Virus record (IMG/VR): IMGVR_UViG_3300023181_000025
Location: 147,169-211,168 of that record
Direction: 5' to 3' (one strand)
DNA length: 64,000 nucleotides
Positions within the stretch are counted from its first letter, which is position 1, and every line of letters begins with the position of its first letter. The translations under genes were made by a program, and so were the position numbers. Positions 45,633-54,678 of the stretch are shown here, one piece after another. Under the pieces are notes generated by a model. It was not told the origin of the DNA. It saw nothing but the letters and a program-made list of their open reading frames with translations, and ran no database searches.

Positions 45633-46042
45633 AAGTAAAAGTTTCTTTAATTCTGGATATTCCAGATAAATATGCTGATGATGGATTACCTAAAAGCGAT
45701 CCACTCACTCCATCGGGCACGCCTTGGGCCGATGCCTTTATTAGACAGGGAGTATTTGATAATTTTACGAATTACGCTAATTGCCAGCATTTACAAGATG
45801 CTTTAAAATGGGTGTGCGAGCCAAAATCCGTTACTCAACAGTATATTGTGGATACTCATAAAGAGTGGGCTGAAATCCTCAATAAAGGAAATAGAAACTG
45901 TCAAGTGGAAATTCTTAGCGAGAAGGACGGAAAGGAACAAATTGCCGCTAGGTTCGCCGCAATGGGATTCAGCGAGAAAGATCTGGTTACTTTGGGCTAT
46001 GTGGAGGAAAAAGAACTTTACAAAAGCTCAAGGGAATGCTGA
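45629..46042 (+). CDS. Hypothetical protein
   Basis: GTGA overlap. Confidence 0.65.
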   Translation: MKVKVSLILDIPDKYADDGLPKSDPLTPSGTPWADAFIRQGVFDNFTNYANCQHLQDALKWVCEPKSVTQQYIVDTHKEWAEILNKGNRNCQVEILSEKDGKEQIAARFAAMGFSEKDLVTLGYVEEKELYKSSREC

Positions 46043-46117
46043 CAAGGATTTATCCAAATGCAGCCGCCAATTAATAATTCTTGACACCCTTCAAAAAACA
46101 ACCATACTAATCTCACT

Positions 46118-46309
46118 ATGAAACAAGGAACCATTGCAGAACTCGCACAAACATATAAGGTCAATCCAATTCAAATGAATGGCGCGATCCACTTTCTTCT
46201 TGCTGTTGGTAAGGCGGAACTCGTCGGCCCTAAGGAACGCCCGGCAGGAACTAAGGGCAAGCCAAGTATGATTTATAGTGTTGACATTGAACCAAAAACT
46301 GAAGTATAA
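46118..46309 (+). CDS. Small winged-helix-like protein
   Basis: TIAELA...GKP..IY. Confidence 0.6.
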   Translation: MKQGTIAELAQTYKVNPIQMNGAIHFLLAVGKAELVGPKERPAGTKGKPSMIYSVDIEPKTEV

Positions 46310-46348
46310 TAATTTATCCGCAGGCTGTGAGATAAGGTGAGAGGTAAT

Positions 46349-46380
46349 AAGGGCGGCGGAAGAAATTCCCCGCCCTTTTT
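46349..46380 (+). terminator. Rho-independent terminator
   Basis: AAGGGCGG-C-GGAA-GAAA-TTCC-CCGCCCTT plus T tract. Confidence 0.85.
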
Positions 46381-46418
46381 CGTTGACAAACCCCTCATAA
46401 TATTAATAATATCCCCAT

Positions 46419-46841
46419 ATGAATGAACTTATCGAATCTCTTAGGAGGGGAACTGAGCAGGCAATTGCACGCGGCGAAGAAATGAAACGCCAGAAAGAAA
46501 AAGACGACGCCCAAAAAGAGCTTTTCCGTCATGACCTTGCTAAGACATGGGCAGAAGCGAAGGCGCAATGCCTCCCCGAAAAAGCTAAACAAGCGGCCAG
46601 TGAAGGAAAAAATGAGGTTTGCGTTGTAGCTTCTGGGAAATACGGAAAATCTGAATTTGGGGTTGTTGAGGATGATCGCAGTTTTACGGGAGTCCTAAAG
46701 GATTGGAATACAAAAGGATCGGGGTTGAAATATTATTACCTTCATAAACTTTTGATTGAGGCGGATTTTAACGTTAGTGTTAAATATGAGTATGATGGTG
46801 GCGGGCAATGGAGCTGGTATAGCATTTACATTAATTGGTAA
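46419..46841 (+). CDS. Hypothetical protein
   Basis: Promoter at 46383. Confidence 0.7.
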   Translation: MNELIESLRRGTEQAIARGEEMKRQKEKDDAQKELFRHDLAKTWAEAKAQCLPEKAKQAASEGKNEVCVVASGKYGKSEFGVVEDDRSFTGVLKDWNTKGSGLKYYYLHKLLIEADFNVSVKYEYDGGGQWSWYSIYINW

Positions 46842-46856
46842 TTAATTAAAAATAAT

Positions 46857-47102
46857 ATGGCAAAGTTTATTTCACAGTCTGGGCTACGAAACCTCAAAGA
46901 GGGGGCGGTTGTTTCGTTATGCGGAGACAATGGGAAAATACAAATTTTTAGTTGGAGCGGTAGAATTTCTGAATTAGTTTTAGAGGTTTTTGACGCGAAT
47001 ATTCAATTTAGTATGAAGGGCAAAGAAACTGAGATTAGTATTTATGGTTATGTTTCTAGCTCTAACGGCAAATATGAACTAATTGAAATTTATTTAAAAT
47101 AA
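46857..47102 (+). CDS. Hypothetical protein
   Basis: Tiling. Confidence 0.55.
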   Translation: MAKFISQSGLRNLKEGAVVSLCGDNGKIQIFSWSGRISELVLEVFDANIQFSMKGKETEISIYGYVSSSNGKYELIEIYLK

Positions 47103-47112
47103 TATTTTATAT

Positions 47113-47496
47113 ATGAAAACATACGCAGAAATACAGGGCGAGCCACCCTTTAATTGGTTTAATTTTTTGAGCCAAGAAAACATTTCATCCGAGGAATGGC
47201 AAGACGCTAAGATTAAATCAAGTTCATGGGTTACCTGCGCTTGTGGCAACCAATGCAGTATTATCCCTCGCTCAATTTACGGCGCGCCTCTTGATAATGA
47301 GCTAGAGGCATTAGGAGGGGGTCAAGGCTTTCATGGGGCAATCGAATTGAAGCTTAAAGGGGTGGCGCTGGAATACCTTAAACTTATTGAAAAAAGGTCC
47401 GCCTATTTGATCAAAAATATAAACGAAGAGATTGAAAGGGAGATTATGGATCATGAAGAAGAAATTAAAAGGCTCAAAAAACTACTTATTTCTTGA
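47113..47496 (+). CDS. Hypothetical phage protein
   Basis: WVTCACG....IPR...G.P.D..L..LG. Confidence 0.75.
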   Translation: MKTYAEIQGEPPFNWFNFLSQENISSEEWQDAKIKSSSWVTCACGNQCSIIPRSIYGAPLDNELEALGGGQGFHGAIELKLKGVALEYLKLIEKRSAYLIKNINEEIEREIMDHEEEIKRLKKLLIS

Positions 47497-47527
47497 TATT
47501 TGCGAAAAATAAGTGTATAACGAAGGC

Positions 47528-47749
47528 ATGAAGGTCTTCTTATTTATGTCTTTTGTAGCAATTTGGCCTGTTTCTTGTCATGATAAGAACAAAAACCATT
47601 GCCCCGCGCCACCTCAAAAGCAGGTTTGCGAGCCTAAACCGCATTGCTATACTCAAATGCCCCTGATCGCGCCTGAGCCGTCCTTAGCTATGGGAAGCGC
47701 CTTTACATGCACGGTAATGCTAGGGGTTCTACGCAGGCGAAAGCCATAA
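47528..47749 (+). CDS. Miniature PEP-CTERM protein (73 aa)
   Basis: N-terminal signal (PVSC); C-terminal APEPS, hydrophobic helix, RRRK; own promoter TTGATA-N17-TATAAC. Confidence 0.75.
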   Translation: MKVFLFMSFVAIWPVSCHDKNKNHCPAPPQKQVCEPKPHCYTQMPLIAPEPSLAMGSAFTCTVMLGVLRRRKP

Positions 47750-47790
47750 AATTAGGTTGACAAATTTAATAAACGGTCCATTCTTTTCGC

Positions 47791-48090
47791 ATGACTCGTC
47801 ACAAAAAGCTCATTGAGCAAATAACCTCTCTTGAAAGTTCAATTTCTCAAACTCCGGTGAAGGCAAAGAACGCACGGAAATTTGAGTTAGATTCTAATTT
47901 TGCTTTCCAGTGCGGCGAAATGTCAAGGGTTATAGATAAAATGCTTCCTATCGTAAATGAGTATGCTAATTTTGTTGGACATGGGGAAATTTATTTAAAA
48001 TGCGTTAATGCTTTGGAAACTTACCGGGATTTTCAGGAAAACAGATTAGCTTTTGTATCTGGGAAAGATTTCCCCGGAATTGAAGGTTAA
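47791..48090 (+). CDS. Hypothetical protein
   Basis: Leaderless after promoter at 47757. Confidence 0.65.
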   Translation: MTRHKKLIEQITSLESSISQTPVKAKNARKFELDSNFAFQCGEMSRVIDKMLPIVNEYANFVGHGEIYLKCVNALETYRDFQENRLAFVSGKDFPGIEG

Positions 48091-48109
48091 ATATAAACAA
48101 ATTAAAATA

Positions 48110-48340
48110 ATGGACACAATCCCATCGCCTCGGCCTAACGAAACCCTTGATGGTTATTATCTCCGATTGGTGGATACTCTGGAAGCAGAGCGAAGCTCAT
48201 CGCCTACATTTCTTAAACAGCGGATTGCTATAGTTCTTAGTCTAATTGGAAATGTAGATCATTCAATTGGAAATGGCCCCAAGGCTGCCAAAGTGCGCGG
48301 CGAAAAACTAAACGATATTCGTCTTATCCTTAGCGAATAA
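48110..48340 (+). CDS. Hypothetical protein
   Basis: Tiling. Confidence 0.6.
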   Translation: MDTIPSPRPNETLDGYYLRLVDTLEAERSSSPTFLKQRIAIVLSLIGNVDHSIGNGPKAAKVRGEKLNDIRLILSE

Positions 48341-48344
48341 TAAT

Positions 48345-48680
48345 ATGGACATTAAAACCCTTGAAGAATTGATTCAAATTTTGGATCAAAATAAAATTAA
48401 ATATTATGGGGAAACCTCCGAAACGGTCATTTACCCCGCCATGAAAAAAGAATACAAAGGATATATTAGGATTCATTTTAGTCCAGAAAATCCTCTTCCC
48501 GATGTTTGGGAAAGCATTCTTATTTCAAATATTAAAGGAATCGAGGTCTCTGTTTCTGGAACTCGTATTGTGAGCGGAAACGGTGCAATTGATGGTATGC
48601 TATTGCCGGAATATGCCATGCGGCGAGAAAGCCTTAACGAAAAGAGGAAATCGCTTGGATTCCAGCCTATTGGATATTGA
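48345..48680 (+). CDS. Hypothetical protein
   Basis: Tiling. Confidence 0.6.
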   Translation: MDIKTLEELIQILDQNKIKYYGETSETVIYPAMKKEYKGYIRIHFSPENPLPDVWESILISNIKGIEVSVSGTRIVSGNGAIDGMLLPEYAMRRESLNEKRKSLGFQPIGY

Positions 48681-48712
48681 CTTTTCCAGCAAGCCTTTGT
48701 ATTGTCGTTTAT

Positions 48713-49609
48713 ATGGATAAGATTTATAAAATTTGCTCAACAGAGGAATATGATTTGTTGGTGGAGAAGTTTGGGAAAGAGTATTGGAAGACCTCCAAAA
48801 GAGGTTGTCTTTCCGCTCTTGGGATGCATTCAGAAATTGCTATTTTCCCTCGCTCTATTTCTTTGTCGGGGAATTATTCTTCTAATCCTGAAGCGACTAA
48901 AAAACACAAACCTTGCCTAGAAATTGTTTCTTTTGATGAGGCGATGGCGGAAAATTTTAATATAAATACTGGGGATAAGTTTGAAGCTGTGAGGGATGAG
49001 CCTTTTTGTATTAGTCGTCTTAAAAAGGGTGGACCAATTACAGTTACGAAAATTTTGGAAACGGGCGGGTTTCTTGGAAAAATTCCCGGAGACATTTTTG
49101 ATTATATTTTTAGGAACGATCCGCGCCAAATTAAAAAAATCAAATCAAAAACATCCATGACCCTCCGCGAGCAAATCGAATTGGCAAAAAGCTACTTAGG
49201 AAAAACAATTGAATACTCTGAAGGGATATCCAATACAGTTTCGGGGATTGTATTGGGAACAGATACGAATGCTCAAGTTGGGGGCGCTTATACCGACAGA
49301 GCGGAAAAACAAATCGCTAAAAATGGCTTTTTTGTTTCAATTTGGTTGAAAGAAAGTAAAGGATTTATTTTGATTGATGATCAGACCCCTAATTTTAAAA
49401 TTCATGAGCCTATCATGGTGAACGGTTTTGAAGCCAAAGATCGCGGGGATTCTTATGGTTTTGGGTGCGCGAAGATTGGAAAGGAGTCCTTGAAAGCGGC
49501 GAAAACCTTTTTGGAAACAGTCAAATCAGACGGAACTAATAAGCCGGTCGAGTTTGTAGAGATTGGCGCGGGTAAATTTACTTTGGAAATTCTTAATAAG
49601 CTCGTTTGA
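48713..49609 (+). CDS. Multidomain paralog family D member
   Basis: EQIELAKSYLGK; VNGFEA...FGCAKI...V.IG.GKF. Confidence 0.75.
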   Translation: MDKIYKICSTEEYDLLVEKFGKEYWKTSKRGCLSALGMHSEIAIFPRSISLSGNYSSNPEATKKHKPCLEIVSFDEAMAENFNINTGDKFEAVRDEPFCISRLKKGGPITVTKILETGGFLGKIPGDIFDYIFRNDPRQIKKIKSKTSMTLREQIELAKSYLGKTIEYSEGISNTVSGIVLGTDTNAQVGGAYTDRAEKQIAKNGFFVSIWLKESKGFILIDDQTPNFKIHEPIMVNGFEAKDRGDSYGFGCAKIGKESLKAAKTFLETVKSDGTNKPVEFVEIGAGKFTLEILNKLV

Positions 49610-49637
49610 AAAATAATTATTGACAGTCCTTCAATTA

Positions 49638-49875
49638 ATGAAAAGTTTAATCTTAGGATTTATTTTGGGGTTCATGATGGTTTTTGGCGTATGGTGGCTT
49701 GAGACTCCAAATCCCCCATTAGTTTGCTTTCTTTTGGCGGTAGCCTCTATCATTTACCCTCTCAAGGTAAAGATAGATGAGTTAAGCACCAAAATTTATG
49801 AATTCGACAAAGATTGCGGCGGAATTCTTGTAGATTTCCTGAAATGTGTTGAGGGTAAAAAGGATGTTGACAATC
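49638..49875 (+). repeat. 238-bp dispersed repeat (other copy 30042-30279)
   Basis: 8 mismatches by hand count, all in the first ~100 bp; ends in TTGACAATC. Confidence 0.95.
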
Positions 49876-49880
49876 AATAA
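49638..49880 (+). CDS. Membrane protein, duplicate of 30042
   Basis: 238-bp near-identical copy. Confidence 0.75.
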   Translation: MKSLILGFILGFMMVFGVWWLETPNPPLVCFLLAVASIIYPLKVKIDELSTKIYEFDKDCGGILVDFLKCVEGKKDVDNQ

Positions 49881-49922
49881 TTTGCTTGACAAGTTTCAAT
49901 AATCCATTACCTTAATCCCGTT

Positions 49923-50123
49923 ATGCCTGAGCAACAATTAATTAATTTGCAAATCACTCCCGGAGAGCTTTCCACAATTAAGTGTGGGGTTTATGCTCTT
50001 ATTGGCAGACAGCGGGAAATTATCGCCTCGGCAAAAGAGCGGGGACAATTTATTCTTGTGGATATTAAAAAGGACGAATTGAAAAAACTAGAGGAAGTTT
50101 ACCAAAAACTCTTGACAGCTTGA
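49923..50123 (+). CDS. Hypothetical protein
   Basis: Own TTGACA promoter. Confidence 0.6.
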   Translation: MPEQQLINLQITPGELSTIKCGVYALIGRQREIIASAKERGQFILVDIKKDELKKLEEVYQKLLTA

Positions 50124-50146
50124 TATATTTATAAATAATAGTCCTT

Positions 50147-50461
50147 ATGAAAGACGTGGAATCTCATTACGCTTGGCTAGAGGATCATATCGTTGATTTT
50201 GCGGCCACCTTTAATATTGAAAATATGAATCGTGGTGTTATTGCAGCCCACGGCGATAAGTGTTATGGGTATAGATCTTATTGGAAAGAAAACGAAGTTC
50301 CTTTTGCGCTGGGGGTGGCAATTTATTTTCTAACTTATTTTCACCCTTTTAGCGAAACCGCTCGGGACACAAAAGACGGTTGGGTAAAGCCAGAACAATG
50401 GGTGGTTAATTTTTTTAATTCGAATAAAAACAAACTAAAAAAGTATCTGGAGGACTTCTAA
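50147..50461 (+). CDS. Hypothetical protein
   Basis: Own TTGACA promoter. Confidence 0.7.
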   Translation: MKDVESHYAWLEDHIVDFAATFNIENMNRGVIAAHGDKCYGYRSYWKENEVPFALGVAIYFLTYFHPFSETARDTKDGWVKPEQWVVNFFNSNKNKLKKYLEDF

Positions 50462-50770
50462 CCATATGAAAAACTTTCACGAAAAAGGAATTAAATTAAT
50501 TCAAGAGGATAAGCGCGGGCAATGGGATTGTTTTATTGGTTTTATTTGGCAAACTACTTGCGAAACCAAAACAGACGCCTTGAATTGGCTTAACAATTAG
50601 CATGAAAACAATTTTTGTTTATACTTCCCCTTATTTTTATAAAAGGATCAGGGCTATGGCTTTCCATTATCTGCAAAATTTTCGAGTTTCAAAGAATCCG
50701 CTAGATCTTAAGAAAGCGCGATGCTTGTTCAGGCAGTCCAGCGCCCATAGAATGGTTTTTAAATAATTTT

Positions 50771-50810
50771 TAAGGAATAGGCTGATTTCGCTGCGCCTAT
50801 TCCTTATTTT
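50771..50810 (+). terminator. Terminator-like hairpin
   Basis: TAAGGAATAGGC/GCCTATTCCTTA 12-bp stem plus T tract. Confidence 0.7.
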
Positions 50811-51006
50811 CTCATTGACAGATTAACAAAAATATCCAATACTACCTGTATGAAGTTTACCGCAGAACAAATTAAGCTTTTGGAAAGGCTCTTGGAAGAA
50901 AGAATTGATTATTTGACACTAAATTTTAAAGGTTTGGAAGATTCTATTCGGCTGGCCGAGAAAACTTTGAAAGAAATTAAAGACTTTTATCGTTAAATAT
51001 TAATAT

Positions 51007-51288
51007 ATGAAAACAAAAGCAATTCGCGCCGCTGCCCGCACATATCACCAAAATCGAATCAAATCGACTGCTGAGAATCCTTGGAGCAAAGAGGAAGACC
51101 AAAAGGCACTGTTTGGGGCTATGGGAGAAGCGGGACTAGGAAAGCTTCACGCAATGGCCGGAACCCACATCGGAACAAAGCCCAACGGCAAGCTTTTTGT
51201 TGTCGATATTGGCGACGAAATCAGTTTTAAAACATATAAAGACTCCGCTGACTTTTTCAATTCTTTTCCTAAAGTATTTAGGCGTTGA
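51007..51288 (+). CDS. Hypothetical protein
   Basis: Tiling. Confidence 0.6.
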   Translation: MKTKAIRAAARTYHQNRIKSTAENPWSKEEDQKALFGAMGEAGLGKLHAMAGTHIGTKPNGKLFVVDIGDEISFKTYKDSADFFNSFPKVFRR

Positions 51289-51326
51289 CATTAAAGCCCG
51301 AATTATTGATATTTAAATTTATTATT

Positions 51327-51521
51327 ATGGAAAACGAAATATTGTGGAACGTATCCAAAACAATCTTGGAAAGAGAAAAGGAACCGCTTTTGCTTTCTCG
51401 TGTGGCGGCGGCAACTGGTTTGACTGAACTGGACATTATTGAAAGACTAATTAAATATTCTTCATCCAAAGGGACGGCTCAATTCAATATTCCCGCTACA
51501 AAAATAATTTCTTTGTCATAA
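51327..51521 (+). CDS. Small HTH-like protein
   Basis: LSRVAAATGLT...I...L. Confidence 0.5.
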   Translation: MENEILWNVSKTILEREKEPLLLSRVAAATGLTELDIIERLIKYSSSKGTAQFNIPATKIISLS

Positions 51522-51539
51522 AATTAATTCATTAACACT

Positions 51540-51770
51540 ATGACTCTTTACACCCTTTTGGGCGGACGCTCAAAAAAGAAAATGGTTCGTCTGGAAACGA
51601 ATTCTAAGGAAAAGTGCGAAAACTACAGGGATGCCCTTAAGGTCACTCGTAACAGCAAATACAAATGGTTTGAGATTCGCGAAGCACTGCCAGAGGAAGA
51701 GCTGAAAGTTCACAAATCGCAAAACGCTTGGACTAATTATGGGGCTTCTGGCCCAAAAATAATCAAATAA
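51540..51770 (+). CDS. Hypothetical protein
   Basis: Tiling. Confidence 0.6.
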   Translation: MTLYTLLGGRSKKKMVRLETNSKEKCENYRDALKVTRNSKYKWFEIREALPEEELKVHKSQNAWTNYGASGPKIIK

Positions 51771-51775
51771 TTCAT

Positions 51776-52042
51776 ATGGAAACAAAAATTCATTCACCCG
51801 CCGATATTGAAGTCGGCGCATATTATTTAGATCCAGATTTGAATCTTTTGCTTGGCGTCGGGAAAAGAAAAATCTTTACTTCGGACCAATTTCATTTTAA
51901 ATGTTTAGTTATTATGCAAGGGAACTGGAAGGGGCGCGTGATACAAGAGGGGTTGTGGGAAAACGGATTTCAAAAAATTGATGATCAATTAGCACAAGAA
52001 ATGTTGAGATGTGAAACAATTTTGATGGTCGCCAGACAATAA
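51776..52042 (+). CDS. Hypothetical protein
   Basis: Tiling. Confidence 0.6.
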   Translation: METKIHSPADIEVGAYYLDPDLNLLLGVGKRKIFTSDQFHFKCLVIMQGNWKGRVIQEGLWENGFQKIDDQLAQEMLRCETILMVARQ

Positions 52043-52083
52043 AACTTATTGACACGAGGGCTTGAATCTCTACAATTACGCCC

Positions 52084-52284
52084 ATGGCTACACTAGAAGC
52101 TCAATTGAAAATCGCCCGCAAGAAAGTTGGTAAACTAATTTTTGGCACTTCTGAATGGGAAGCCGCTATGCAGATTGTTCGGGATCTTTGCGAAGCAATA
52201 GACTCCCAAAGGCCTCAAGAAGAGTTTTGCAGCGTGGATAGCGGATTCCATCGAACTCGTTTGAATTCAGGGCGAATCATTTAA
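52084..52284 (+). CDS. Hypothetical protein
   Basis: Leaderless after promoter at 52049; EWEAAM..VR.L. Confidence 0.7.
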   Translation: MATLEAQLKIARKKVGKLIFGTSEWEAAMQIVRDLCEAIDSQRPQEEFCSVDSGFHRTRLNSGRII

Positions 52285-52530
52285 ATTTTATATTTTCTTT
52301 AAAAACAATATTAATATGAATATATTTATTTCTTACAGTAATATGATTATTGGGGCCGCAATGATTGCCTTTGCGCTCATCATGACAACTTCTGGCCTCA
52401 GAAGCGCAGTAATTTTCAAGGTCTTGCCTTTCTTTGGCGGGGTAATTCTACTCTTTAATGGCTGCAAGCTTATTGGTTTGATCTGAAAATATCAATATGG
52501 ATCACGGAAAATTTTAAAACAAATAAGTAT

Positions 52531-52767
52531 ATGATTAAAATCAAAATTCCTTCCAACCCTTCCAAAAAACTTTTGACCCGGAGACAAATTCTTAAAAAAG
52601 ATGGGGTTTACGCTTCAGAAAACAGTTTTGTTCGTTTCGTTGTAGCTTCTAATGTTTGTTTTATTATAGGCGATCAGTGCCCTATTTATGTATCGGGAGA
52701 TTTTGATATGGACACCCCAAAGTATTACGAAACGAGCGAAACAATCGTATTTGAAAAAGATCAATAA
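52531..52767 (+). CDS. Hypothetical protein
   Basis: Tiling. Confidence 0.55.
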   Translation: MIKIKIPSNPSKKLLTRRQILKKDGVYASENSFVRFVVASNVCFIIGDQCPIYVSGDFDMDTPKYYETSETIVFEKDQ

Positions 52768-52866
52768 CGAAATTCCCGATTTTATTTGTTTTGTTATTAA
52801 TTAGAATAAGGGCGGCGGAAATTAATTATTGACAAACACGTCAAAATTTCAATAATACCACCATAT

Positions 52867-53388
52867 ATGGCAATAGAACTTTCCAAACCGAAATATCAAA
52901 TCAATGAACGCGTGAGGTTCATTTATGATTCCAAACCCTATTACTCCACATCCGCAGAGTATTCGATTGCTCGCGGGGATGTAATTGATTCTCATTTTGA
53001 CAGTATCAAAGGCGAATGGGTTTACATTATTGACCCTTGGAACGCGGGTTACGCTGGACATAAAAAGCACAATATTCCAGAATCCGCGATTAATCCCTCA
53101 TTTGATGCGATTGAGGCACTAACTGAAAAGGCCTCAATTACTTTGTGTAAATATGATATGGATGGAGATTCCGCTCATAGAAATAGGAAAAATGAAATTG
53201 AAAATAAAGATTTCCGGGAGATTATCGTAAATGGGTATAGGGTAATCCGGGCATCGGACGAAAACGCCATCCACAAAGCGATCCAGAAGGCCGACGAGGA
53301 GGCCAAAAACATCGCGCATTGGAAAGACGCAGAGGGGCGCGAAGCGGTGATTAATTCCTTCGCCGTAGTCCGTAAGGTCGAACCATAA
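52867..53388 (+). CDS. Hypothetical protein with SH3-like N-terminus
   Basis: PKYQINERV.F...G.V....Y.I. Confidence 0.65.
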   Translation: MAIELSKPKYQINERVRFIYDSKPYYSTSAEYSIARGDVIDSHFDSIKGEWVYIIDPWNAGYAGHKKHNIPESAINPSFDAIEALTEKASITLCKYDMDGDSAHRNRKNEIENKDFREIIVNGYRVIRASDENAIHKAIQKADEEAKNIAHWKDAEGREAVINSFAVVRKVEP

Positions 53389-53399
53389 ACAACATCTTC

Positions 53400-53573
53400 G
53401 TGAGTAATTACAAATCATTTGCCGAAAAGGTGAAAAAAGCAAAAACTTTAATTGATTTGAAAAAGCTGGGAGAATTGCTGACTCGTCTTTACGATGCCTG
53501 AGCTCTAACTATTTCAGAATTTCAACGGCTGGATGCCAAGATCATTGACGCGGAAATTTCGATGGCCGGGTGA
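53400..53573 (+). pseudogene. Small ORF interrupted by in-frame TGA (53499-53501)
   Basis: ...LTRLYDA*ALTISEFQRLD... continues in frame. Confidence 0.55.
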
Positions 53574-53617
53574 ATTAATTATTGACTTCATAAGAACAAC
53601 CCATTAGCTTCATTTAT

Positions 53618-53986
53618 ATGCAAAAAAACATTAAAGTTAATTCAGAAAAATCCGCAAAAACCATAATCGCCACGTTGAAAAAAATGGGATATGCGTGGCG
53701 CAGTAACCGCGTTCAATGGAGCACGAATTATCCAATCATTATTATTTCTTCTGAAAAGAAAGAAATGTGGGGAGATGACCACCATAATGTTGAAGGTGGA
53801 AAACAACTTTTTTGGCCCGAAGATGCGACCGAAATTCTTTCTGAGTCTATTGAAATTGAAATTCGCAATGTGGCGGGACATACTGCTGTAATTTCCGAAG
53901 CGAAAATTAAAGTGGGATGCCAGTTTGTGAGTTTTGAGAAATTTGACGAAATCGCTGAAGCCGTCAAGAAAGTTAGGGGCAGTTGA
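53618..53986 (+). CDS. Paralog family D member
   Basis: WPEDA..I...NV..H.A.I....IKVGCQ.VSFEKF. Confidence 0.8.
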   Translation: MQKNIKVNSEKSAKTIIATLKKMGYAWRSNRVQWSTNYPIIIISSEKKEMWGDDHHNVEGGKQLFWPEDATEILSESIEIEIRNVAGHTAVISEAKIKVGCQFVSFEKFDEIAEAVKKVRGS

Positions 53987-53995
53987 TAAAAAGTA

Positions 53996-54292
53996 ATGAA
54001 TTACACAGTTTCAAAAGCAAGCTGGGAAAAGCAAACTATTTATATCCTAGAAAACGGTTGGGTTCTTACCGAGGAACATAATCAATGTTATGGTTATTTT
54101 GTAAAAAGCTTGCGATCCCCACAAGGAAAAGTTTGGCTAGCCTGCAATGGCGATAGACACTTATATTATAATGAAGTGTTTAAAACAGATAAATATATCG
54201 CTTTGCCAGATTTTGCGGCTGGATGGAAGGAAACTAAATTCCCTGAGTTGGTTCGCTTTGATAAATCATTTTATAAAAGGATTGACAACTAA
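53996..54292 (+). CDS. Hypothetical protein
   Basis: Tiling. Confidence 0.6.
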   Translation: MNYTVSKASWEKQTIYILENGWVLTEEHNQCYGYFVKSLRSPQGKVWLACNGDRHLYYNEVFKTDKYIALPDFAAGWKETKFPELVRFDKSFYKRIDN

Positions 54293-54315
54293 CCGAATTG
54301 TTACATAATACGGCC

Positions 54316-54489
54316 ATGCAAATAACTTCTATTGGTTTTCTAAACACTTCTGAAGGTGTAACACTGGTTGCTTGCACCCTAGAAAACTCTCATGGTTTCC
54401 GCCAGAAGGTTTCTCGGGAAGAGTTTGAAAAGGTTCGCGGCGATCAAGAACAAATGAAAAATCTTTTCCTTTTGAAATATGAAAATTAG
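54316..54489 (+). CDS. Hypothetical protein
   Basis: Leaderless after TTGACA promoter. Confidence 0.55.
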   Translation: MQITSIGFLNTSEGVTLVACTLENSHGFRQKVSREEFEKVRGDQEQMKNLFLLKYEN

Positions 54490-54661
54490 AATGGATACTA
54501 ATGGAAATAAAACACTTTATTGTTTCTACGGTGGCACAAATAGGAAAATCCAAACAAATGGAAATCTACCGCGCACCCACAATGACGGCATCGGACCTTG
54601 GACGCAAAGGGAAATTTTGGATTATTTTCAATCCGGAAGGGATCGCATTGCGAATCCGTAA
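54479..54661 (+). CDS. Hypothetical protein
   Basis: IQTNGNLP.TH. Confidence 0.65.
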   Translation: MKIRMDTNGNKTLYCFYGGTNRKIQTNGNLPRTHNDGIGPWTQREILDYFQSGRDRIANP

Positions 54662-54678
54662 ATATTTATTTTAACAAG

